Source: Octopus vulgaris
Lineage: Eukaryota
Assembly (NCBI GenBank): GCA_951406725.2
Contig: OX597819.1
Span: 92,442,001-92,506,000 of the forward strand
DNA: 64,000 nucleotides
Direction of reading: 5' to 3'
Shown: piece after piece, positions 40,130 through 53,764 of the stretch
Layout: each line of letters opens with the position of its first letter
Numbering within the stretch: position 1 is the stretch's first letter
Translations under genes and position numbers: made by a program
Notes under the pieces: model-generated
The model's database searches: none
What the model saw: the letters and a program-made list of their open reading frames with translations, nothing else
Told to the model about the DNA's origin: nothing

Positions 40130-40720
40130 TATCCTCCACTGAAACAGTTCTCTGTTCATTTAGAGTTTGGGCAAAGAATATATTTCACTACAGAAACTGC
40201 TGCTCAGCAATCCTTAGCTACATGAGAAACTGCATTAACACGATTTACAGAAAGATTCTTTCGCTAAAACCCTGTTGTACTATCAATTACCGTCATATTA
40301 TATATGGAACAACAAACAATGGAATTGCAGAAAAAGTGGCACTGAGATTGATGGTTATCCTGATATTCAATTTGACAATGTTATGGGAAGTGTTTATACT
40401 GTGCATCCAACTCAGCAGGAATGTTTTTACTTATGGTTGCTTTTCCATGAAATTGGTGATCCCACATCTTTTATCAACCTTCGAACTGTTGATGGTTATG
40501 TTTGTGATTCGAACATTTAAGCAGCTTTTAGATTAAATTCGTCACAGGATGATAGTCATTAGATGGAAGCTATTTCAGAGATTTCTCTGTCTTGCACAGG
40601 AGGCAATTTAAGAACACTGTTTGCCATTCTCATTAAATACTGTGTGCCAACATCAATATGGCTAAGATACAGAAATTAACTTGCGGGAAGATTACCAATA
40701 CCAGATTCAGTTACAATGTC
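40130..40720 (+). pseudogene. Helitron RepHel fragment
   Basis: GQRIYF..., FAKTLLYYQLPSYYIWN..W..RK.G..MGSVYTVHPTQQECFYLWLLFHEIGDPTSFINLRTVDG, LRTLFAILIKYC. This is the conserved segment between the Rep and Pif1 helicase domains. Confidence 0.9.
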
Positions 40721-40786
40721 CTGGCACAAAAAGTGAATGCAATGACGAACTCTACTATACAATATAGTTGTTCACGTGTGGGATGC

Positions 40787-40817
<31 letters not shown>

Positions 40818-41892
40818 TGTGTGTGCATGTGTGTGTGTTTGTGCGTGATTATCAAACTAATTTATTTGTATATTTATATAAGATAGATGTGAGACATAAA
40901 TCACTTATGAAGAACTAAAATTAAATATAACAATATACATGTTCTACTTTTACATATTGAATCCTATTTCTCATGTGTACCACCAAACTTCTCTTTGTGT
41001 GTATATAATTTTATGGTGACCAATATAAAAATGTAGTGAATCAACTAATTGCGTACATGTCTGTACACTCTAATTTAAATCCATTAGAAACTAAACTGTA
41101 TCAGTGCGTTTCTTAACAGCATGGAATCCCCCCTTGTGTCACATCACAGATTCATAATGAAGAGCAGCTCCTCATTTATTCTTTGCAGGAAATTAGGTGC
41201 TCCACGTTGATACAATGGCTTTCTAATACAATTGTTTTAGCGAAGTTTGGAATAAATACACCACATAACTATTACAAGTTTTATACTACTCTACTTTCTA
41301 TGTTTTAAATACCAGACATGAAAATTCTACAAATAAAAAAATTTTGAAACTTGCAATTGCTTATTACTTTTTGCCTTGCTTAATTTTAAAGTTATGTACG
41401 GTAACTGTATTAATGTTCCTGATTAAAAAAAATATGAATCAAACATAGGAGATCATGATTCCACAAAAAATTAGGGCTATATTTGGGGGTTGGGTTTGGG
41501 ATGTAATATTAGGGTTAGTATTGTAATTTAGATTTTAGGGATAACATTAGAATTAGGATTTTAGTTAAGTTTTAAGGTAAGAGCAGACGAGTAGCATTTA
41601 ACGTTAGGGTTTCGTGTTAGCACATAGGATTAAAATTTTGAGTTTGGGCAAGGGTTAATTTATGCAGAAATTGAAAAGGAATTCAAAAGATTTGAATTTG
41701 TGTCCAAAATTTGCAGAATTGAACTTGCATATTTTTGGAATATGGCTTAAAAAATAAAAGTTATAAGTTCTACAAGGTGTTCTTCGTCCAAAATTTTTTT
41801 TTTTTTTGAAAATATTTACTACAATTTAAATAAAGAGCTTTGTGATGTTACTACAGCACTCACACACACATACACACACATACACACACATA

Positions 41893-41946
<54 letters not shown>

Positions 41947-42125
41947 GAGGAAACTCATCAGGCTCTGTTTGATTTCGCTGAGTGGGAATCAGAATTAATT
42001 GCTGGGTTTAATGTTGAGTATGGGGCAGAAGGATTTGCATTGTTGTTTATGGCTGAGTATGGAAATATTTTATTTGTGTGCGGTGTTGTTTTTTGGAGGC
42101 GGATTTTTGAATATTTCTATAGGAT
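41947..42125 (+). pseudogene. ND1: NUMT: mitochondrial NADH dehydrogenase subunit 1 fragment
   Basis: [42 protein letters not shown] matches the ND1 signature ET.R.PFD.AEGESELV.GFNVEY...FALLF.AEY. Sits between (CA)n and (TA)n. Confidence 0.92.
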
Positions 42126-42154
42126 TATCTATATACCCTTTGTACATTATGTTC

Positions 42155-42193
<39 letters not shown>

Positions 42194-42314
42194 TATATAT
42201 ATATATTATATATATCTATAAAATTATACACACTCACATATATATCATTGTATCTATCTATATATAATATATTGTAAATTGATATATAATAGTGTCACAC
42301 ACGCGCACACACAC

Positions 42315-42355
<41 letters not shown>

Positions 42356-42361
<6 letters not shown>

Positions 42362-43432
42362 CATTCGATAAATAATGCGGCTTTTTCAATTGCATGAACT
42401 AAAAGTCAGAGGATGACGGGGTAACTACTCGCATCAACTTGCTATAAAAGCAGGTAGTAATTTTACCTTGTACTTATTCTTAAGTTTTTAAGTTATTTTC
42501 TCAAAGCTATAATGGACATGGCAAAGGAGTATTATTCGGCATATTTTACTTTATGAGTTCCATAAAGGCAACAACGCAACGGAAAGTGCGAGGAATATTA
42601 ATGCAGTATATGGTGATCGGACAATAAACATAAGCCAGTGTCAACGGTGGTTACAGAAATTTCGAGCCGGAAACTGAATCCTAGAAAACGAGCTTCTCCT
42701 GAAACATCTGTAGAGTTCGACGAGGACGCCCTGCAAATCCTGGTGGAAAATATCTCATAGTAACTGTTGAGGAACTAGCCAAGAAGCTTGGATTTAGTAA
42801 TTCGTTGACACCTGCGTACCATCGGAAAAGTCAGCAAATTGGGTCAATGAATTCCTCACAAACTTTCCAAGTCTGACCACACGTATAGAGTAAATGCATG
42901 CTCTTCTTTGCTCTGTCCCACGAATGAACCATTTTGGACCTAATAGTGATTGGTGACGAGATATGGGTTCTCTATAAAAATGCCAAGCGCCGATGACAGT
43001 GGGTAGCGAAAGGAGAAAGCCCGGCACACCATGCTAAAGGTATTCACCTACGTAAGGTGTTGTTATATGTTTGGTGGGATATGAAAGGTTGAGTCGACGT
43101 TGAACTTTTAAAAGTTTGGTGCAGTTTCAATGGGAAACAATGCCACCATATTTGCCGGACATTGCCCCATCTGATTATCATTTATTCCGCAGTTTTCAAA
43201 ATATTTTGGACGGAAAAAACATGAAGTCTGTAGACGAGAGCAGAACAGTAGTGGAGGAGTATCTTTCGTCACTGACAAGTGAATTTTGGAAGAGGGGCCT
43301 TGCACGTCTACCATATAGATGGAAGAGCATTGTAGGAAATGAAGGAGATTATATTTAGATTAAAAAAGAATATTGTTAATATTAATTTTGAAAAATATAA
43401 GCAGCATAAAGAAAGCTTATTAGATGACTCAA
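42356..43432 (+). mobile_element. mariner (DD34D) transposon, internally deleted
   Basis: TA|TAGGGTCATTCGATAA.. / ..TTATTAGATGACTCAA|TA. IRHILLYEFHKGNNATESARNINAVYG..QRW..KFRAG, IVIGDE.W, PYLPDIAPSDYHLFRS..LPYRWKSIVGNEGDYI* (stop 43358). Confidence 0.93.
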
Positions 43433-44091
43433 TATATGTATATATGTGTGATTGTGCCTGTGTCTATATATACTTAATACTTTCTGGGAAATACATATCA
43501 ATAAAGATGCTAAGAAACATATAATGAATTTCTTTTGAAGCAATAATCATTATGAAATATAATTATCGCTGAGGAAAACCTATTAGGAAATAACATGCCA
43601 TATACATTAAGGTAAATATATGATTATATGATATCTATCCTCCCCGGTCATCAGTACATAATTCTAGCACCTGAATTGGTGAAATAATTGGCGCGTTTCT
43701 TTCATTACGCACAAATGAAAACCTTAACTGAAATTATTGTGTATATAAATAACTACTTGAATATTGAAACTGACGGAAAGCAAGACGCTGAGAAGTGCGT
43801 TACAACCCTTCAGCTTCAAGAAATATTTTAAATGTAAAGTATGATAACCAAAATTAATTTAATATTTATCATAGATTCAAATTGAATGTTCTAGGATAAC
43901 AGGAATACATATGGCGTTATAGGTAGAAAAACAAACTGTTTCCTATTAAATGCATTTTAACAAGGAATTCGAAATATTCATGCTTAAAGAAATAAGGTAA
44001 TTTAATATGATGACGGGTAAAATACAAGGACACTCAGAAATATACTACGGTATATATAAATGTATATGTATATATGTATACGTGTAAGAAA

Positions 44092-44245
44092 CGTGCGTAG
44101 CTTTGCAGTTAAGAAGCTTACTTCCGTACCATATAGCTTTGAGATGTGTCCCACTGCGCATCAACTTGGGCAAGTGTTTGTCATTATAGTCGTCTCAGGC
44201 CCATCGAATGGCGAATGGATTTGGTAGGCGGAAAGTAAAACACAT
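44092..44245 (+). mobile_element. SINE family A, decayed 5' half
   Basis: GTCCCACTGCGCATCAACTTGGGCAAGTGT..GGATTTGGTAGGCGGAAA. Confidence 0.7.
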
Positions 44246-44292
<47 letters not shown>

Positions 44293-44301
<9 letters not shown>

Positions 44302-44680
44302 TCTCAGAATGAGATTGAAACAGTAATCGCTCGTACTGTTTCAATCTCATTCTGAGATTTAATTATGCTTACTGTTCGTTTTTCGACATCTGTGGCAGAC
44401 GCCATTAGAAAAACTTATATCTGTTTGCAAAGGAGCCTTCACTTCCATCGCTACCTGGTGGTTGCCGCCCGTTGACGAGGGACAAACATCCCGAAACTAG
44501 TTCGAGCGTATCACTCAGGCTTGCGAGGAAGGGATGGCCTCCCTTTGCAAGTACTCCAAAGACACAGATATTGTGTTTAGAGCCAGCTAGAGACGAAGAT
44601 CTCTTGGGGCTATAAAGCTACAGCAACAACCCCCTCCCCAATGTGGTTAGCCATGATAAGATGGCTTCTATACTTTACAT
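44293..44680 (+). mobile_element. Short hammerhead-bearing element starting with a perfect 33-bp hairpin
   Basis: Arms 44293-44325 and 44334-44366 with an 8-nt loop. Hammerhead at 44466. (TA)n flanks. Confidence 0.75.
44466..44508 (+). ncRNA. Minimal type-I hammerhead (C3U)
   Basis: CGCCCG-UUGACGA-GGGA(caaaca)UCCC-GAAA-CUAG-UU-CGAGCG, with palindromic stem III ACUAGU. Confidence 0.8.
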
Positions 44681-44695
44681 TATATATATATATAT

Positions 44696-45772
44696 TTAAA
44701 GAAAAGAAGGTAAATTCACACACTTTACATAGTTTTTAATATATTTTTAATTATATTTTTATTATTTGTCAACTAGTTTTGCTTTCGTTAATCAGGACAC
44801 TGGAATTATTGTAATTTCGTATTTTCTTAAGAAGATTGTAGTCCATGTTGTGTGTGGAGAAGTTTATGAATGAATGATTTAACAAATAAAAAATGTAAGG
44901 GGATGTAATTGGTGATCGTTATTATTGGGGACAAGGGGAACAAACCAACACACCACATTTCTAAATACTACTATATATATCAACTCATAACCATAGAAAC
45001 AGCGAAGCATACAACACTATTGTACAAAATCTACCTATGCTCACTAGAGATCCAAAAATGAACATTTTGAAAACACATAAATTCATCAAATGCAAAAAGC
45101 AACGCAAATCGCTAAAAAGTGTTTTAAAAAAGCGAAGCTTTACACAACAAACACGAAGCAACAGTTAAAAAATGTGGACGCCTAAACCGTAGAACATGCT
45201 TCAACCTACTATAAGGCTCGGAATTCCTATTCAAACAAGGAGAGATTCACAATTAAAACCAACTTCGCTTGTGCTTCCGAGAATCTAATTTATACCATAA
45301 CTTGCTCAGAATGTGGATATAACTATATAGGACAGTCAAGTATGACACTGATTCAGAACCACATTACATAAGGAACAAATCCGTTCTCGCAATACAGATA
45401 CATTCTTTTGAGTGAACACATAGAGAAGTAATATCCAACCAAACTTCAGTTTTTCCCATCTACTTGTGCAAAGAAACAATTTCTATACAAAAAAATAAAT
45501 AAATAAATAAAATGTGTTCATCGAAAAATACAGAATACGTCTAAATATGAACATATAACCAGCTTTGATCTCAGTATATATTTTAATTCATGTCCGCACA
45601 CCCATTACTCTACATATTTCTCCTCACCACTTTAGCTTTTGAGTTTAGCCTTCTCCCCGAAAGATGAGCAGTTACCTGCCCTGTTCCCAGTAATAACGAT
45701 CACCAATTATCTCCCCTTAAATTTCTCTACTTGTTGAACCATTCATTCATAAACTACTCCACAAACAACATA
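44696..45772 (+). mobile_element. 5'-truncated Penelope element: inverted 5' pLTR + GIY-YIG remnant + 3' pLTR
   Basis: KTNFACASENLIYTITCSECGYNYIGQSSMTL at 45255-45350. About 44850-44938 is the reverse complement of about 45678-45770. Confidence 0.88.
44767..44799 (-). ncRNA. Degenerate hammerhead in the inverted pLTR (probably inactive)
   Basis: Minus strand UGUC-CUGAUUA-acgaaagc-AAAA-CUAG-UU-GACA. G8 and G12 are mutated, while stem I and the ACUAGU palindrome are kept. Confidence 0.55.
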
Positions 45773-45809
45773 TATATATCGATAGATAGATAGATAGATA
45801 GATAGATAG

Positions 45810-45862
<53 letters not shown>

Positions 45863-45943
45863 CATACATATATTGGATAGACAAACATAGACAGATAGAA
45901 AATAGCTAGATATGTGTGTGTATATATATATATATATTGAATA

Positions 45944-46270
45944 GAGGGCGCGTGGCTTAGTGGTTAGGGCATTCGGCTCATGATCGTAAGGTTGTGAGTT
46001 CGATTCCCGGCGACGCGTTGTGTCCTTGAGCAAGACACTTTATTTCACGTTGCTCCAGTCCACTCAGCTGGCAAAAATGAGTTGTACTTGTATTTCAAAG
46101 GGTCAGCCTTGTCACTCTCTGTGTCACGCTGATTATCCCCGAGAACTACGTTAAGGGTACACGTGTCTGTGGAATGCTCAGCCATTTGAACGTTAATTTC
46201 ACGAGCAAGCTGTTCCGTTGATCGTATCAGCTGGGACCCTCGTCGTCGTAACCGGCGGAGTCTTTTTTTA
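45944..46270 (+). mobile_element. tRNA-derived SINE family C, full length with 12-bp TSD
   Basis: A box TGGCTTAGTGG, B box GTTCGATTCC, TGTGTCCTTGAGCAAGACACTT. TSD ATATATTGAATA at 45932-45943 and 46271-46282. Confidence 0.92.
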
Positions 46271-47312
46271 ATATATTGAATATGTATGTGTGTGAGTATA
46301 CCTATGTATTTATGTGTACAGGGTTGACCAAATGTCTCTTGACAGTAAATCAAGCTATTTAATTCCAAGATTAATTTACGTTTAAGAACTGAATGAATTT
46401 AATAAAAGCAGCTAAATATGAAACATTATTTTTTTTTCAAACTGAGGTCCTTCTTGAGCGACACATTTTTTCCATTCGTGTCAATATGCAATTACAGATA
46501 CTATTTATGGAATTTTGATTTACTGTCGTGTGACTTTTGGCCAATGCTGTATACCAATGTGGGTGTGTCTTTGTGTTTGTGTTGTGTTCAAAACCGTGTT
46601 TGTTTGTTGACGACCTGTAATTCAACAGATAGAATAACTATCAGACTTTAAAATATGTACTGAGATCGATCTGTTCGATTAAATACAGCAAGCCTAGCTG
46701 CACTTCTAAGTCTGAAATAAATAAAAGCAGATAAAAAAAAAGCTAAAAGAAGATAACTTTGGTGAACATAAGGCCGAGATTCTAGAAGCTGCAACAGTAG
46801 AATGACTAGTTTGAAGTCGTCAAGAGCGGATAGTAAAAATGGGAAGCCTTTTGAGAATTTACTGCATCTTTATGATTTGTTTGTTAAATCATACTTGTCA
46901 AATGACTTACTGAACTAGTAAATCTTAAGTATAAAGGAAACAGCAACAGTTTCATAGAAACTAGTTCGGTTCTGGCTCGTATGCTGTTTCAAAAGCCATA
47001 TCTCCTATATTGACCTGAATATGCCTTAGGTGATGCAGATCGATACGATGCTTTTAAGATGATGTATACAATTTGAACAGGAATCCGCTCTAGGTATTCT
47101 AGAATTACTTCAATGAACATGACTAAAGAAAGATATCTTATTTAACTCCGATTTACATACATGTATGTTTGCATTGATACATACATATACGCATACATAG
47201 ATGCATAGGAATATACATATTTACATACATATCGGGACATTATATACGTTGAATCACAGAATCAAGTAAACAATTTAATCACACATCAGCTTGTGTGTAC
47301 AAATATCTACAG

Positions 47313-47428
<116 letters not shown>

Positions 47429-47830
47429 ATCTATCGATCCATCATCTACCTATCTATGTATCTATTTATCTATCTAACTATCTATCTACATTTTTATATA
47501 CATACACACATGTATAAATATAAATAAGCGTGCACATACATATGTTTATGTATATCAATATCTTTATGTATGTATATATTACTGAGTTACACGCTCTGTA
47601 TCTACTTTCTTTGGCGATTTTAACGAGGCTGAATATTTATTTCGCAAAACAAGAATGTCTGAAAGTGAGTCATGTATTTGTTGAAATAAAGCAAATTGGT
47701 ATTTTATACTCTGTATACTATCAATGTTTATAACGCCAGTGCACCAGTTGTCGAAGGTTACAAATTATTTTCTTAACGCTAATTTGGTTTCCAGTAACAT
47801 ATACGAGTATCTTGCTAATTTTACAAAATA

Positions 47831-48739
47831 CGAAGTGGCATCGAAAAGTTGTCGGACTAGTTCTGTAGCGCGCCAACAGATGGCAGCATACAGTTGCGTA
47901 CGCTTAGGGAAGTAGCAACCACCTTCATGAGGCAGTGTGCCGTGTAACTTCACTGTGCTTACTTCGCAAGTTGTGAAATTTGTGTTTTCATGATCACGTG
48001 TATGCTATAGTCTGCATTTTTGTCATAAACAGGAAGTTGAAATAAAGAGTTAAGATGAAATTTTGCGTTCAACTTGAGAAGTCTGCTACGCAAACATTGA
48101 GCATTCTTTGGCAATCTTACGGCGACGAGGCTATGGGTCGTATGCAATGTCTCGAGTGGCACAAGCCCTTCAAAAATGGAAGAACTTCCCTCAAAGACGA
48201 TGAGCGACTTTGAAGACCACGAGCTTCACCCTCGTAAATGTAGAGAAAATTCACCAGCATGTGCATAACAACCGTCGCAGGATAATCAACGTTTGAAGCG
48301 TATGAAGGAGGACATTCGGCAAAAGTGCCCGGATGTGTGAAACGCAAAGAATTGGATTATTCACGGCGACACTGCATTCTGTCACCGAGCTCTCTTCACT
48401 CGTGTGTTTCTCGTCAAAAACAACCTGGCTTCGCTTCTGCACTCACATTATTCGCCAGCTTTAGCCCTTACAGATTTCCATCTCTTTCCCACCAAAAAAA
48501 TGCAGGTCAAAAGACGCCGTTTTAACAACCGTTGTCGCGCTCAAAAGCGAATCGCAGAAGATCCTCGAACTGCTTACGGAAAACGACTTCCAGACCGGAT
48601 TCCAAAAGTGGCAGGAACGCTGGGACTGGTGTACTGCTGTTCAAGGTGACTATTTCGAAGGAGTTCATGTTAAACCATATTTGAATAGGTTTTTTTTTAT
48701 CAAACATAACTAGCCCGGGAACATTTTAATAGCATCACA
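47831..48739 (+). mobile_element. mariner transposon, deleted and decayed
   Basis: TA|CGAAGTGGCATCGAAAAGTTGTCGGACTAG with an imperfect right TIR. YGDEAMGRMQCLEWHKPFKNGRTSLKDDER; HYSPALALTDFHLFP.KK. Confidence 0.85.
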
Positions 48740-48981
48740 AAAATAGATTTGTGCCAAGAATTTTTCTTCTTTTAACAAATTATACCATTGTAATCCAAGT
48801 TTTATAGGCCATTATGGATGGATTCCATATTTTATGATTCACTCCATTTTTGTATTGGAACTAATTTCATACATACCCCCAGGCACACACATACGCACAG
48901 ACACTCACACACACACACACATATATATATACCTACATATCAACTCAATATCAACTCGTGTGTTCCTTTTCAACCTTCTAC

Positions 48982-49022
<41 letters not shown>

Positions 49023-49473
49023 AGTCAGTTTTTATATTAATACAATTACTCTATTTTACGTATGGGATAAACACACTGAGGGTTACAACAGAAGTTCTAT
49101 TCCCCACTACAAATAGATTGCTGGCTTATAATGCTCTATTCTCGTCTCATATACATTTTACAGTATAACTTCATGTGTCAACGATTGAGTTTCAACGTGG
49201 TCGTTGTATTTGCTAAAGACAGCTGCCAAAGTTTCCTAAACTCAAATTCTCTTAAGAAAAAACTGGGAACAGAACAGATATACGATTTGTGAAAGAGAAA
49301 CATACCAGTACGAACAACACCAACCTGGCACTAAATAGCAACATTATCTGCTAAATACCGATCAAATTAATATATCAGGGACAGCACATATATTCTGGAA
49401 GCAGCACATCCAGTTCTTTGTTTGTGGGTGAACGAAAATTAATAGGTAAATAGGTGCATTAAGAACATTTCTC

Positions 49474-49538
<65 letters not shown>

Positions 49539-51545
49539 TGCATATGTATATGTTTGTGTACACCTTTTTCTGTGAATGCTTGCGCGATTTTGAGTATTCA
49601 TAAGGTGTCGAATATGACTATACGAATACGTAATTGGCAAAAATAGTAAAGATAAATGAAAAGATTTCATCTGCTTCATAACAAATGAAAGTTAAACTTT
49701 CAATAAAAAAATGTTATTAAAATAACACAAAACTAGAAAAAAATATATATCGATCAACAAGAACCTCTTTGTTTTGTCACGCGTTCTCCAATATTATTAT
49801 GTTTCAATAAATTTATTGTTGTTCTTCAGTTGTATTATTCTTGGAATTTCTTTTTCTTTCTTTGTCTTTTTGTTTTCTAGTTTTGTAATTCATATTATGC
49901 AAAAATATTGTAACACTTCGTTGCAGAAACCCTTGTATTAAGAGTTTAATTGTGATCTTGCATGTCCCAATGAAACTGTACTCTGTAGCCTTACAATAGT
50001 AATTCAATCAACTAGAAGTTAAGTGAAGTTCATCTCTTCAGATTGTGTGACTTTTAAGCAGCTCTTTCTTCTTTAAATATTTCGTGACACATTTTTGATC
50101 GGGAACATTATGATATCTAAAGAGGACATATAATCATGGAAACAGTCTATTTTTTCAAGTAGCATGATACTAACACTACTATGATGCAAACAACTCTATG
50201 CAAAAAAAAAAGGTATTGATCATATAAAATAACAACATTATATTCTAGCCTACATGTTACTTCCATTACGGATTTCTCTTTGCAACAACGTATACTCTTC
50301 TCGATCCACCGGACACAGCTCCCTTCTCCAGTAGTGCTATTGAATGTATACAAAAATACGTGCAAGCAAATCTGTAATCACTCACAAATTTTTAAAACTA
50401 GTTTTCTCAAGGTTACTCACAGTCATTCCAATAGACTAAGAGAAAGGAAACTTTAAGCAAATTCTACTACCAGAAAGGTACTGTGCTCGTGGTGTTTTTT
50501 ACTCTTTGCACCAGACCAATATAAGTATGTAGGACGTGTGAGTGAGGCTGGATTTCCACAACCCATGCACGCTATAATAATAAATCCCTTACTACCTTCT
50601 GGGGCAGTGCGTTTAAAGATGAAAAGCTAAGTTAGTGAAGACACGCAGAAAATCTGGAGTTAGTGACCCTAAGTGGGTATTGATTTATCTTTATTTCGTG
50701 GTGTGCCCATTATGGTACGTGTTCTTGGTAAGTCTACTAAGGGCTAAGAACTCGCTTCTGGGAACAGCCTAGCTCCTGTAGAGGTGGTTACGTTACTATC
50801 CGAGCAATATCGTCGACCAGCGTACATGACCAAGAAGACTTACGTTCAAAACTTCAAATCATAGCTCTACAATTTATTCTTGGATTAGGTTTTCCAATGA
50901 AATTTTCTGTTTTTTTCTTTTCTAATGTCTGGGCATTATTTGAAGGTGATTTTATTCCTATGCCTGGATATTCGACAGACCACGTAAACGGACAATTGCT
51001 GACTCAAAGTGGTGCAATGATTTACTTGTTGATCGTATTGTTGGGTGCTGGTGGTGATGGGAAGTGGCTCAGGAATCGAACTATGACGACTGAGATGGCT
51101 AATTCCCATTGTCGTGTTAGGTGGTTCTGTTGTGGATAGCATTAAATGAAATCAGTGTTAGTAAGAATAACGATATCAGTTAGGTAGTGCAGCTGATGGT
51201 AATAGTGATGGCGGTGGCGGAGATTGAGGATGAGGCAGAAACTTACTATTCCAATATCAAAGCAGAGTAACGTTAGCTAATTTGATGTTACAGAGGTGGA
51301 TAGAGATGAATGGACTCTATCAGTGGGAAATTATAGAGTTATAATAGTGATGATGGCACTAATGCGACTGTCTTATGGTCCGTGATGACGACGACGATAA
51401 TGATGATGATGAGGATGACGGTGATGATGATTGCCCTAGTGGGGATGTGATTGATGGTGATTACTAAATATACTAAAAGAAGAAAAATTGCTTGCGTTGG
51501 TATCGACGGTGGTGACAAAGGTAAAGAAAACACTGTGTATGTGTG

Positions 51546-51578
<33 letters not shown>

Positions 51579-51662
51579 ATGCGTGTGATTATGTATGTCT
51601 GCGTGCGTACATTTATATGTATATATATATGTATATTTGTATGTATATGTAAGTAGTATGTT

Positions 51663-51835
<173 letters not shown>

Positions 51836-53240
51836 GTATATGTATGTATGTATACGTATATATACAAATGTATGTACATGAATAGTTAAAGGATCAATAA
51901 AGCTTGCCTTTCAATGTGAAAAGGACTCATAAATCGATAGCTGGCCTATCAAGGAAGTGGCCATGAATAAGATATTGAGAACGTCTGATTCACTGAAAAG
52001 CTATAGAGAATATTGCCTTCGCTTTTGCTGCTCAGACAAACAACCGCCATGTTAGTCATTACTTCTATTGTTTTGAATGTTTGGGCAGAAGAAATCATCA
52101 ATAGGACCATCTAAAATAAGTGACGTACACCAGGTACAATCATGCACGTATACAACAGAACTCACAAACACACACAGAGACACAATCACACAAACACACA
52201 CCCGTACACCCCCCCCCACATATATATATATATTTCCGCGCACATATTTCCATACGCATATCGAAATAATGAAATTCTTACTTATTGTATATTCCATATG
52301 ATATATATATATATTCAATGTATATACATACATACATACATACATATGTATACACATATATATATATACATAAATATAAATACATACAAACATGCATATT
52401 TCGTATGTATACATATATATATATATATTATATATGTATGTGCTTATGTGTATGTGTATTTATATATGTTCAAGTATGTATGTGCATATATATAAACCTG
52501 TGTGTGCACAGTTGTGTGTTTGTGTGCGCCTGTGTGTGTATGTGAATGTGTAGTGTGCCAATCTATAGCAATGAAAAGCCAAATTACAGAAGTAAAAAAG
52601 GAAAACGCATACTTGAAAACAGAACGTATATTCAGTCGTACACGGAAACAGGGACATACACATCATACATACATACATACATACGCAGGTGCGTGCACAT
52701 GAACATAACACATCCATATAGTTCTTGGATGCATTTGCATGTGTGTATATTCTTGGTGTATAAAAGCGTGGAATAGGCCGGTACATTATGACAAAGAGAC
52801 AAACGCCTTCATGGAAATTAACTACGCATACATACACGCATGCACACATTTAGGTATGTGTGCATGTGTAAGCATATATCTAAGTGTGCCCGCAGAAACA
52901 CGACACGAAAATATTTAGTTGTCGAAAATACACATAGAAATGCATAAATATATACGCTTAGACACTGTCCTAGACTGACGTCCTAACGTACACAATTACA
53001 CACACGCATATTCCATTTATCATAATAATATTGATAAAGGAAAATATCACTATTAGAGTGTGCTAATATGTACATAGAGACAAACCTAAACACACTCAAA
53101 ATCACGCGTATTCATCATTTACACTTACAACATATCTACGGCCAGTACAAATGATTAGAAACATATGTATTATATTACACACAATGGGAGTAGTCCCTAA
53201 AAACTCTTTCATACAAATTTACATATACAATCAGCCTTTA

Positions 53241-53317
<77 letters not shown>

Positions 53318-53449
53318 GTCTGTCTGTCTATCTGTCTGTCTGTCTGTCTGTATGTATGTATGTCTGTCTGACTGTCTGTCTGTCTGTCTCTCTCTCTCTC
53401 TATATATATATATATACTTTATTGAAAAGCAGCTGAAATATAACAACAG

Positions 53450-53487
53450 CTGTTACTCGGAGTTTCACGTTCCCGTTCGTCGGATAG
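53450..53487 (-). ncRNA. Type-I hammerhead, U4C variant (left arm)
   Basis: CUAU-CCGACGA-ACG(ggaa)CGU-GAAA-CUC(c)GAG-UA-ACAG. Confidence 0.7.
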
Positions 53488-53604
53488 TTTTGTTAAAATA
53501 GAACCGAGATGGCAATTCTATCAAGACTAGTATAAACGTTACACCTTTATACTAGTTTATACTAGTTTTGATAGAATTGTCATATCGATTCTATTTTAAC
53601 AAAA

Positions 53605-53642
53605 CTGTCCGACGAACGGGAACGTGAAACTCTGAGTAACAA
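53605..53642 (+). ncRNA. Type-I hammerhead, U4C variant (right arm)
   Basis: CUGU-CCGACGA-ACG(ggaa)CGU-GAAA-CUC(u)GAG-UA-ACAA. Confidence 0.72.
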
Positions 53643-53764
53643 CTTTTGTTAAATTTCTGCTGCTTTTAAATAAAGCATATTACTCTACCTCTGGTATTTG
53701 AGTAGTCTTTTTTCCACTTTTTTTCACATTAACGTGTTTACTCCGGTATATATATATATACTAT

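Larger units (their letters stand above)
53417..53748. mobile_element. Foldback element (inverted repeat 53417-53675) with a hammerhead in each arm and a tail ending ACTCCGGTA
   Basis: About 120-bp complementary arms, (TA)n on both sides. Confidence 0.85.

Noticed and set aside
41465-41660. TTAGGG-like repeats (also 470-510, 610-655, 2495-2520, 32410-32430)
   Set aside because: Short, degenerate and, at least at 231-879 and 2396-2818, internal to MITEs. Not a telomere or a clear fusion scar.
45946-46015. tRNA-like sequences with A and B boxes (also 55201-55270 and the family-A heads)
   Set aside because: They continue into SINE bodies with tails and TSDs, so they are not tRNA genes.
51945-52120. 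Possible minus-strand exon after a CTTATTTTAG acceptor-like site (MVLLMISSAQ.. or DGPIDDFFCP..)
   Set aside because: No recognisable protein motif and no partner exons found. It needs RNA-seq.
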